Of a stretch of DNA of 64,000 nt, positions 39,164 to 49,490 are shown piece after piece; position 1 is the first letter of the stretch; every line of letters begins with the position of its first letter. The stretch is from assembly GCF_032444005.1 (NCBI RefSeq), contig NC_091284.1, forward strand, positions 640,150,001-640,214,000. The letters run 5' to 3'. The notes beneath the pieces are model-generated. The model searched no databases, was not told where the DNA came from, and worked only from the letters and a program-made list of their open reading frames with translations. This stretch comes from Ranitomeya imitator. Taxonomy: Eukaryota. Both the position numbers and the translations under genes were made by a program.

Positions 39164-40770
39164 CGAAGTTGGCTTTCTCGGAGTGGAGACATCTCTTGGA
39201 GGGAGCACGTTTTCCCTTCCAAGTCTTCACAGACCATAAAAATTTGGTATACCTGCAGACAGCTCAGCGGTTGAATTCTCGCCAGGCCAGATGGTCCTTG
39301 TTCTTCTCCCGGTTTCATTTCACCCTCCATTTCCTTTCTGGGGAGAAGAACATTCGGGCCGACGCTCTCTCTCGCTCCGTTGTGTCATCTGTGGAGGAGG
39401 AGGAGGAGCCTCGGCTTATTGTCCCCACCGAGAGCTTGAGAACTGTGGCTCCGGTTTCCCTGGAGTCTGTGCCCCCGGGCAAGACTTTTGTTCCATCCAG
39501 TTTGCGACCGGAGGTTCTTTCTTGGGCGCACTCGTCCAGGGTGGGTGGACATTTTGGTACTAAAAGGACATCTGAGCTACTGGCGAGGACATACTGGTGG
39601 CCGCATATGGCCCGTGATGTCGCGGAGTATGTTCGGGCGTGTGTCTCTTGCGCCAGGAACAAGACTCCTCGGCAACGGCCAGCTGGTTTGCTGTATCCTC
39701 TGCCCGTGGCGGACAGGCCCTGGGAGATGGTCGGGATGGACTTTGTGGTGGGCTTGCCCAAGTCTCGTAACTGCACCATTATCTGGGTGATCACCGACCA
39801 TTTTTCCAAAATGGTGCATTTGGTGCCTCTTCCACGGCTACCATCTGCACGGGCGTTGGCTGTCTTGTTTATCAAGAATATCTTTCGCCTACACGGTATG
39901 CCAGACAAAATTGTTAGTGACCGGGGTCCCCAGTTTGCATCTCGATTCTGGAGAGAGCTTTGTCGTCTACTCAGTATTGAGTTAAATCTCTCTTCGGCAT
40001 ATCATCCAGAGACGAATGGGTTGGTTGAAAGGGCCAACCAGACCTTGGTCACATATCTGCGACATTTTGTTTCTGCCAGGCAGGATGACTGGGCATCCTT
40101 GCTACCGTGGGCAGAGTTTGCACTTAACAATGCCGTAGCCGACTCCACCGGTCAGATTCCATTCCTCTTAAATTACGGCCAGCATCCGCGTGTTCCTGTG
40201 CCCATGCCTGTGTCTTCCGCTGACTCCAGGGTGGCAGACTGGGCTGTGGAGGCACGGGACATTTGGGATCGCACGCAGGATGCCATTCGGGCCTCCAAGG
40301 AGAGAATGAGGTCCTCCGCCGATGTTCATCGGCGCCCCGCTCCGACCTTTGCCCCTGGCGACTTGGTGTGGCTCTCCGCCCGTAACATCAGGCTGCGAGT
40401 TGAGTCCACTAAGTTTGCTCCTCGCTACTTGGGTCCCTTCAAGGTTCTCGAACAGGTTAATCCTGTGGTCTATCGTTTTGCTCTTCCTCCACGCTTGGGT
40501 ATCACCGACACCTTTCACGTATCCCTCTTGAAACCCGTATACATGTCCCGGTTTTCCGAGTCATCTGCCGGGACATCGGGTTCGTCTACGGACGATTATG
40601 AGGTGAACGCTATTTTGGGGTGCAAGGTGGTACGCGGCAAAAAGTTCTATTTGGTGGATTGGAAGGGTTATGGCCCAGAGGACAGGTCATGGGAACCTGC
40701 TGAAAACATTCGGGCCCCACAGCTCATTGCTGCCTTCGAGCGTAGCGAGGCCCAAGGAGGGGGGGGCCCT
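39164..40770 (+). CDS. Ty3/Gypsy chromovirus pol 3' part: RNase H C-terminus, integrase (HHCC, D-D35-E, GPY/F) and chromodomain; 5'-truncated
   Basis: [32 protein letters not shown]...[52 protein letters not shown]...[17 protein letters not shown]. Reading frame uninterrupted and runs on into the LTR to 41160. Confidence 0.95.
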
Positions 40771-40784
40771 AGGAGGAGGGGTAA

Positions 40785-41761
40785 TGTTAGGTCTCGAGTT
40801 CCCACTTCTGCACAGGGGGAATCTCGGGCCGTCTCCGCTGCGGTCTCCCGTTCCTGTCCAGCCGCAGTGGAGTCTGCTCAGCAGGGACGTCGGTCCCAGC
40901 ATCTTGCTCGGTCTCGCTCTGTACAGAGAGTTACTGCTGCTTCTTCAGCTCCTGCCATTGAGGTCAGTGCTGGTCAGCGGCGAGCGGACTTCTCTGGGAC
41001 TAAGTCCTTATTTGCGCACACTGAGCATGCCCAGGGCAAGATCTCCCGTTGGAGATCGAGGGTCATGTGCTCAGGCTCTGCAGCGCATTCCATTGGTCCT
41101 CTTGGCAGGTCTTGGAAGGGCAAAGTTTCTGTGGCCACTTCCTGTCCTGCAACTATATAGGCTGCGCATGACCACACGGCCATGCGCTAGTGTACAATTA
41201 TTATGTGTGTGTGTAGATGGATGTATGTCGATGGATGAAAGCTCCTAAGTATCCCTCCCTAGAGTTGTTGTCTGCTCGCGGATGATGGTAGCTCTCTAGC
41301 GCCCGACTATCCATCTGTATGTTACACACATCACAGCATCCTATAGCTGTGCCTGCCAGTACGGTGCCGTGCGCTTGCCTTGCGCTTTCCATACCCAAGC
41401 CTGGGTGGTTAGTGGCGTCCGTCAGTGCGGCATCGCACGCACTCTTGTGCTCATTTATTACTAATAAGGTTCATTACACACCCGGTTGCGGTGTTGTGCC
41501 AGCAAGGGTCTAATCGGACTTCAATCCCTTTCGGGGTTAAGTTCGCTGACTACTTGCTCGCGCTCTATGTGCGGTACCGCGGTCCTGTGACTTAACAGGA
41601 TCGCTTTCTTCATGTTGGGTGAGGTTTAATCCACGTGTTTATACTTTTAGTACCGCCATATAGTCTGTCATTCACTAGCAGCGGGTTTCGCCTGCATGGT
41701 GGACCCCGGACTGCGAACGCATCTATATCATCTTACTTGGTGCGTTCCGCCAGTCCTAACA
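40785..41761 (+). mobile_element. Gypsy 3' LTR (977 bp) preceded by a polypurine tract
   Basis: PPT AGGAGGAGGGGTAA at 40771-40784; TGTTAG...CTAACA ends; homologous to the two solo LTRs. Confidence 0.95.
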
Positions 41762-42619
41762 ACTGGCACCTTACAATTTACAAATCTCACTGCTGTGAGT
41801 ATTATCACTCCACTTGGTCATAACTATACTTAAACCTTTTATAAATCCTAATTAAATTCATACAGGTATAGATACGTTCACTGAAGAGGGGATTCTCCAC
41901 ACCCCCTTCTCACCCCCTTCTCCCACTGTGGATTATATTTATCTCCCATATACCTATATGTTCCCTTTTCTCATGTAAACCCATAGCGCCATTTATCCGT
42001 AGGCTGGTCCGCATACAGTTTGCACAGTGTCTTCACAACCTTATATTCTTCTGTTTTACAAAATGTGTTGATTTTAATAATTGATTGGAATAAAATGTTT
42101 GCAAATGATAGCTTTCTTTGTTTTTTCGGATGTACTAAGTGATACATTGTTGGCTTCTGCTTATCTTTGCCTAAATCTGGCTGCTCTCAGATGAGGTGGC
42201 AAAAAATTTTGGGCAGGTTCCTTTTAAGAAAGGCTGTCAAATACATTTTCAATAATGTATTGGAATTTGAATAAAGGTTTGGTCAATATTTTAAGGAGGA
42301 AAATAAGTCCCTTTTCTCCTCCTCTCACTGGTTATCAATTACACTGCTCTGAGCATGATGCCAAACTCCCGGGATGAGAGACGGTGCTCCCAGACTACAC
42401 CTTGTACATGAGCGCTAAAATTAAACATTATTTTTACACACACTGCAATGACAGTTACACTAAAGCCGTTATTAAAAAAATGTATTAACAGTCTGATAAC
42501 CAAGTTAAATGCCCTTTATTTGTTCCGCTTTCTGAAGACCATTTGCAAAAAGTGATATTTAGACTCAAATAGATACATTTCATTAAAAAATGGTCCTCCT
42601 AGGTGGGCAAGCCCTGTAA

Positions 42620-42637
42620 TCTAATATATAAAGCTGA

Positions 42638-42696
<59 letters not shown>

Positions 42697-44385
42697 TGTA
42701 TGTGTGTATGTATGTATGTATGTGTGTATGTCCGGGATTGGCATCTGCACTGTCGCAGCTATAGCCACAAAATTTTGCACAGTCACACATCTGGACCCTG
42801 AGAGCATCATAGGCTATGCTGTGAGGCGAAATTTTAACCCCGTGCGTTCCAATTCACCAGACAAATTTGTCCCTATCTACATATTGGGGAAAAAGTGAAA
42901 GGAAAAGTGTTGGAGGCAAATTGACAGCTGCCAGATATGAACAATACAGAATGAGAGCGATGGCGCCAAAGAGTATATACCGTACAGTTGCTAAGGTGGG
43001 GCCCCGACATGGGATACTCACCACACATGGGGATATGAACACACACACACAAAATGTGCCACACACTACCATGTGCTTGAACACATATACCACAGTAGCA
43101 CACATTTCACCACATATACACCAACCTCGCCACATAAGTCGAAACACAAAAGTCGCCACTCAAAACTCGCCACGCGCACAATTAGCCACATGCAAAACTC
43201 GCCACATGCAAAACTAGGCTCATGCAGAACTCGCCACACGTGCAAAACTCACCTCATCGAAAACTCGCCACACGCAAAACTTGCACTTGTAACATGCACA
43301 AAAGTTACAACACATGCAGAAGTTACCTCACACAAAACTTGCACATACTCAAAACTCGCCACACGCAAAATTCGCCATGCGCAAAACTTGCTGCACAAAA
43401 CTTGCTGCTACACTAACCTGTCACATGCAACTCGACACATGTCACCACACAAAACTCATCTCACAAAAGTCGCTACATGCATGTCGCCACACGCAACTCA
43501 ACACACACAACTTGACACATGAAACTCGCCCTAAAACACACACAATTACACACACAAGTCTGGTATTATCCTTCAAAAATAAAAATCTGATTAATAAGCA
43601 GACAAACTACAAGATCAACAAATGTACCATATAGGAAATACGGCAGCTGTCAGTCACATGACCTGTCTATTATGTGTATGTGTGAGCTAATATATGCTGC
43701 CGGGGGGGGGCTTCCTGTTGGCTGGGGATTTATCAGACTGCCAATAGCAACCAATCACAGCTCAGCTTCTATTTTGCTACAGTTAATTAATCTGAGCTCT
43801 GATTGGTTAATATAGGCAACAAAAGACATTCTCAGTGTAACAAAGCTTGTGTGAGGTAATAGCATGTCAGTTAGGGTGTGTTGGTGGAAAGACTGATGTC
43901 AGTCACATTACCTCTATGTGAGAGGATATAGAAACTGCCAGTTACAGACTATTTTTACCACAATAATGCCTCATAAGAAAAGGAATTCCATGGCACGAAT
44001 GTCAGCTGATTCGAAAAGAAAAGCTGCATTACGGGCCAATGAAAAATGTGAAGACCGAGAAACAAGGCTGACACACATGAGAACAGCAGCTGCTTCCTCA
44101 AGAGCCAATGAACTTTCTTAGCAGAGGGAAGCGAGGCTTGCAGACATGAAAACAAGAGCTGCTTCCTCAAGGGCCAATGAACTTTGAGGAGAGGGAAGCG
44201 AGGCTCGCAGACATGAAAACAAGAGCTGCTTCCTCGAGAGCCAATGAACTTAGTTTTTGCCTTTTAATAATTACATTTTTATCTATTTGTTTTGTGGTTT
44301 TTGTGTGCAGATTAAATTTTTGTTAACACATTCTATTTTGCTAACAGCAGTTATTAACCCGGGCAAAGCCAGGTAGTACAGCTAG
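42620..44385 (+). mobile_element. Complete non-autonomous Helitron (1766 bp) with a (TG)n tract near the 5' end
   Basis: Inserted A|TC...CTAG|T; subterminal hairpin ACCCGGGC-AAA-GCCAGGT. Confidence 0.85.
43966..44250 (+). pseudogene. Remnant of a Helitron RepHel N-terminus with 23-aa STPR-like repeats
   Basis: ATG at 43966; 69-nt period (44035, 44104, 44173, then 44240); RANEKCEDRETRLTHMRTAAASS / RANELS*QREARLADMKTRAASS; a stop and a 2-nt deletion. Confidence 0.6.
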
Positions 44386-44973
44386 TATAAAACATAAATG
44401 ACGTGTTTGTTCTATAGCATATTACTGGGTTCGGATGATCTCCAGTATATTTTATATAATGAGGACCTAGTGCAATAATACTACACATAACCTACATACA
44501 TAGGACGGTAAATATACGACTAGTTCCAGACCTTACTCCAGCAGATGCCACTTAGCTGAAATAAGATATGATGTAAAATGTATTTCTCAGCCTCTTCATT
44601 CATATTAGAGTGATGAGGTTACTCCGTGTTGTGGCACGGCAGGAACACGACACGATGTGATATTTAACCCCTTGCTTAACATGATAATGGAGTGGTTACT
44701 CACCCTGCTCTAGTGGTTGGCATTTAGCTGAAGTGGTTTTCATCTTAAGGGCTTCTCTTACAGACATGTCACAGCAGGAACCTTTGTTAGTGTCTTGATC
44801 ACTGTCAGCTTGATCACTGTCTCCATGACCACTGTCCCTTAGGCTTGCTCTCTCTGGGTCTTTGAAGGTTGAACTACTGATTTATTATAAAGAAATAAGT
44901 AAATGTAAGTGTCTGCCAATGAGAAATCTGCCCAAAAAGGTGAATTATTGAGCATCATTTTCAATTATTTTAC

Positions 44974-45032
44974 CTTTGAACAAATTGCTGTCTGCTTCCC
45001 ATGTAATTGGACTCTGCAGGAAAATTGTCTGT
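44974..45032 (-). other. Candidate 59-nt spliced exon, gene unidentified
   Basis: Acceptor ATGTTTCCTTCTCTCCACAG, donor AAG|GTAAAA; open in all three frames; lies in unique sequence. Confidence 0.3.
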
Positions 45033-45847
45033 CTGTGGAGAGAAGGAAACATAAATATATAAGTATACACATATACAAACATGATATTCAGCTACGGGGG
45101 TTCTGGCATATACATTTATAAACAGGGAAAATAATGTATGCTTTTACATTTTAATTAAATTCTGGAGCAAAATTTAACACAGTGGAAAACAAAATTAATC
45201 AACCACAGACAGGAGCTCCTAAAATAGGAATTAAAACTGTGCTATTGTTGCATACGGAGCGAAGGACTGTGTTTGTCTAGGTATTTTTTATTACTCGGCT
45301 ATGATGCGGATCGGAGGGAACAAAAACAAGTTAATCATTTATTGCTCATTTTTAGCTAGGTTTATACGTGTGGGTGCAGTGAATCCACTGAGATGGCCAC
45401 ACAACATTGCGTTAGACAATGGATTTTAGAAGGGTGGTCTTGTCAAGGAGGACGGCTAGTATACAGAATACAAAATGTGGTGGATCTAGGAATCTGGTCT
45501 GGATCAAAGAGCTTGTGGTTAAGAGAAATTTTGCACATTGCAGTGCTTGAAGTGTAAGAATGAAGTCTCTTAACACTGTAGCATAGCCTCTAAAAAGCCA
45601 TTTTTATTAGCAAGGGTCCATATTCTGAGACATACACTGATTGCTGAACCCAACAGTAAGAAGCACTCAGCTTATGCATGAACGCACTAAGATGTTTACC
45701 GGTTCGATAGTAAGTCTATGGGTCTGTTAACCATTCTACTCAGACTCACGAATTAGCTAAATGCTTCTGACTTGTAGTTTGAACGATCAATAGGGGTCTC
45801 AGTACTCAGATTTCCACCAGAGGTTTAAGGGGTTAATCATATAAAAG

Positions 45848-45850
<3 letters not shown>

Positions 45851-45904
<54 letters not shown>
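45851..45904. repeat. (TA)n microsatellite abutting the Tc1 TIR
   Basis: Directly visible. Confidence 0.95.
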
Positions 45905-45906
<2 letters not shown>

Positions 45907-45909
<3 letters not shown>

Positions 45910-47512
45910 TGGGGCAAAAAAGTATTTAGTCAGTCAGCAATAGTGCAAGTTCCACCACTTAAAAAGATGAGAGGCGTCTGTAATTTACATCATAGGTAGA
46001 CCTCAACTATGGGAGACAAACTGAGAAAAAAAAATCCAGAAAATCACATTGTCTGTTTTTTTAACATTTTATTTGCATATTATGGTGGAAAATAAGTATT
46101 TGGTCAGAAACAAAATTTCATCTCAATACTTTGTAATATATCCTTTGTTGGCAATGACAGAGGTCAAACGTTTTCTGTAAGTCTTCACAAGGTTGCCACA
46201 CACTGTTGTTGGTATGTTGGCCCTTTCCTCCATGCAGATCTCCTCTAGAGCAGTGATGTTTTTGGCTTTTCGCTTGGCAACACGGACTTTCAACTCCCTC
46301 CAAAGGTTTTCTATATGGTTGAGATCTGGAGACTGGCTAGGCCACTCCAGGACCTTGAAATGCTTCTTACGAAGCCACTCCATCGTTGCCCTGGTGGTGT
46401 GCTTTGGATCATTGTCATGTTGAAAGACCCAGCCACGTTTCATCTTCAATGCCCTTGCTGATGGAAGGAGGTTTGCACTCAAAATCTCACGATACATGGC
46501 CCCATTCATTCTTTCATGTACCCGGATCAGTCGTCCTGGCCCCTTTGCAGAGAAACAGCAGTAAAACATGATGTTTCCACCACCATGCTTTACAGTAGGT
46601 ATGGTGTTTGATGGATGCAACTCGGTATTCTTTTTCCTCCAAACACGACAAGTTGTGTTTCTACCAAACAGTTCCAGTTTGGTTTCATCAGACCATAGGA
46701 CATTCTCCCAAAACTCCTCTGGATCATCCAAATGCTCTCTAGCAAACTTCAGACGGGCCCGGACATGTACTGGCTTAAGCAGTGGGACACGTCTGGCACT
46801 GCAGGATCTGAGTCCATGGTGGCGTAGTGTGTTACTTATGGTAGGCCTTGTTACATTGGTCACAGCTCTCTGCAGTTCATTCACTAGGTCCCCCCGCGTG
46901 GTTCTGGGATTTTTGCTCACCGTTCTTGTGATCATTCTGACCCCACGGGGTGGGATTTTGCATGGAGCACCAGATCGAGGGAGATTATCAGTGGTCTTGT
47001 ATGTCTTCCATTTTCTAATTATTGCTCCCACTGTTGATTTCTTCCCTCCAAGCTGGTTGGCTATTGCAAATTCAGTCTTCCCAGCCTGGTGCAGGGCTAC
47101 AATTTTGTTTCTGGTGTCCTTTGACAGCTCTTTGGTCTTCACCATAGTGGAGTTTGGAGTCAGACTGTTTGAGGGTGTGCACAGGTGTCTTTTTATACTG
47201 ATAACAAGTTTAAACAGGTGTCATTACTACAGGTAATGAGTGGAGGAAAGAGGAGACTCTTAAAGAAGAAGTTACAGGTCTGTGAGAGCCAGAAATCTTG
47301 ATTGTTTGTTTCTGACCAAATACTTATTTTCCACCATAATATGCAAAAAAAATTATAAAAAAACAGACAATGTGATTTTCTGGATTTTTTTTTCTCAGTT
47401 TGTCTCCCATAGTTGTGGTCTACCTATGATGTAAATTACAGACGCCTCTCATCTTTTTAAGTGGTGGAACTTGCACTATTGCTGACTGACTAAATACTTT
47501 TTTGCCCCACTG
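45907..47512 (-). mobile_element. Full-length Tc1 element (1606 bp) with ~200-bp IR/DR TIRs
   Basis: CAGTGGGGCAAAAAAGTATTTAGTCAG TIRs, with an inner repeat of AAATAAGTATTTGGTCAG; TA at the right end. Confidence 0.97.
46123..47145 (-). CDS. Tc1 transposase, 340 aa, open frame, DD34E
   Basis: Paired-like HTH N-terminus, WSDETK, KHGGG, QHDND then 34 residues to E in SPDLNHIE. Confidence 0.95.
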   Translation of the reverse strand: MVKTKELSKDTRNKIVALHQAGKTEFAIANQLGGKKSTVGAIIRKWKTYKTTDNLPRSGAPCKIPPRGVRMITRTVSKNPRTTRGDLVNELQRAVTNVTRPTISNTLRHHGLRSCSARRVPLLKPVHVRARLKFAREHLDDPEEFWENVLWSDETKLELFGRNTTCRVWRKKNTELHPSNTIPTVKHGGGNIMFYCCFSAKGPGRLIRVHERMNGAMYREILSANLLPSARALKMKRGWVFQHDNDPKHTTRATMEWLRKKHFKVLEWPSQSPDLNHIENLWRELKVRVAKRKAKNITALEEICMEERANIPTTVCGNLVKTYRKRLTSVIANKGYITKY

Positions 47513-48053
47513 TATTTATAGGTTTAGTGACACTTTAACCATCATTTTCAAATTACTGGTATGACACTGGTATTATACAGCCATTTATATCAACGTGTCT
47601 ACAGCGGTATCAGTCTGACTAGATGGAATCTGTCGGCAAATTTTTGCCATTTAGGCCGCGTTCACATGTTCAGTATTTGGTCAGTATTTAACATCAGTAT
47701 TTGTAAGCTTTCTGTCATTATATAATGCACACAGAAAGTTGCCAATCTGTGGTGTGGGTGGGGTTATACAGAGCTCAGCATTCAGAGAACTGATAGATCC
47801 ACAGCAGAGATTTTATCAAAATTGCACCAAACAGCCCAGTAAGTGACACATTGCTGGAATAAGAGTCTCTGTCCCTACATTATGTTGCTCTCAAATACAT
47901 AGTGAAAACCGGCTGACAGATTCCCTTTACGTGTCATCAGTATAAGATCTAAAAACCATAATGAATTTAAGAAGCAGGGCATGGGGTGAAACTCAACAGA
48001 ATAACTGTTAACGTTACTTCATAGTATCATAGACAAAAAATACTTCAGTCGCG

Positions 48054-48710
48054 CTTTATGGTTCCAAAAAAACGTATCAACTAAATACCCTGTTTTTTTC
48101 CATGTTTTGACAAGCACTTGCTTATTACTGTGATTTTTTTACAACAGAGTATTTTTCATCTCACTGTGCACTTTTGTGTCTTCAAGTTTCTTGGTGGTGT
48201 GTGAACAGGCTCCTACAGACTTGTTCACTGTGCAAGCAGCCCATGTGTTTCTGGTTCTGTAATTGTTCTCTTGTTTCTACAAGACTAGGGAGTCCACCAC
48301 TCCTTATGGGTCATTTGCATCAAAGCTGTTCCATCCAGCATGTCCGCATGAAAATTCCCTCTCTGAACCCTGCTTATACAGGTACTATACAGATGATCAG
48401 GTTTTTAAATACATCAGATAGGGATTATATACATTAGGTAGGACTGCTCTATATGGGTATACCTTGACGATTGGTGGAGCAGCTTAGTACACATTTTTTT
48501 TACAAAATAAAGTATCAACTAAATACCCCGTTTTTTTCCATCTTTTGACTAGCACTTGCTTATTACTGTGATTTTTTTTACAACAGAGTATTTTTGACCT
48601 CACTGTGCCCTTTTGTGTCTTCAAGTTTCTTGGTGGTGTGTGAACAGGTTCCTACAGACTTGTTCATTGTGCAAGTAGCTCATGTGCTTCTGGTTCTTTA
48701 TGGTTCCAAA
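48054..48710. mobile_element. Partial-tandem insertion (439-bp unit x1.4) with 15-bp TSD, probably Penelope-like
   Basis: CTTTATGGTTCCAAA at 48054-48068 and 48696-48710; direct repeats 48074-48258 and 48513-48697. Confidence 0.6.
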
Positions 48711-49354
48711 GCTGGACAAACCCCTTGAACCAGGTAGCCAGTGCCCCTAGGGATTTAGTGCTAGTGCCTAACAGTTTGGCTATTTTTTCTTGACGTGTAT
48801 AACCGGTACTATTGATTTGTAACTGAAACAAAAAAAATCTGTTTGTCTTAAGCTTACAGTAATTTATTCACTCCTAAGATCTTGTAGCCAAACTACTTAT
48901 TTTCATTAATTCAGTTATAGGGTTATTTCCATCTTTAGAAGTTATCACCTATACTTAGGAGAGGTGATAACTTGTCGATCACTGTGGGGCCCAATAGTCG
49001 GACTCCCCATCGTCAGCAAGTAATCACCTATCCTGCGGATAGGTAATAACTGCCGAAGATGAGAATTGTTTCTCCTAAGTCATATTGCACGATTCGTTAA
49101 AGGGTTGATTGTGACTTGTAGGATCGCTACTTCCAAACAGATGGCGCTATAGAGTTTAAGTCCTCTTTTTCTCAGAAGAGGCAATTTGCATATGAAGATG
49201 AGAATTAACTTTTAAAACTTTAGAACTTTTCAAAGATGCGGCCAAAAACTGCTGACTATCTATACAAAACAAGTCTTGGGACACCCAAGTTTAATACAGC
49301 CACATATTTTAACAGTATAACGGTGCAAATCCTGATATAGCAAATAACCTTGAA

Positions 49355-49490
49355 NNNNNNNNNNNNNNNNNNNNNNNNNNNNNNNNNNNNNNNNNNNNNN
49401 NNNNNNNNNNNNNNNNNNNNNNNNNNNNNNNNNNNNNNNNNNNNNNNNNNNNNNNNNNNNNNNNNNNNNNNNNNNNNNNNNNNNNNNNNN
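49355..49490. other. Assembly gap (136 N)
   Basis: Run of N. Confidence 1.

Larger units (their letters stand above)
38480..42148 (-). mobile_element. Fold-back insertion of a Penelope-like pseudo-LTR pair (arms 38543-39062 and 39071-39163 plus 41762-42135)
   Basis: 14-bp TSD CTAAGTGATACATT (38480-38493 / 42135-42148); 49-nt tail 38494-38542; 8-nt centre CCTACCCC; hammerhead-like motif at the centre. Confidence 0.8.
38156..42223. mobile_element. T2/Kolobok-type MITE (38156-38493 plus 42136-42223) split by the fold-back/Gypsy insertion
   Basis: TTAA|AGGCAATCTTTCAG start and GGCAGGTTCCT(T)|TTAA end; internal sequence shared with 9224-9620 and 11206-11608. Confidence 0.75.

Noticed and set aside
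41870-41900. CTGAAGAG as a second hammerhead core in the palindrome arm
   Set aside because: No downstream stem II plus GAAA and no NUH site could be assembled.
46568-47236. 222-aa + strand ORF (likewise 54977-55624, 54509-54952, 52089-52547, 39315-39908)
   Set aside because: Antisense shadows of transposase, RT or integrase frames.
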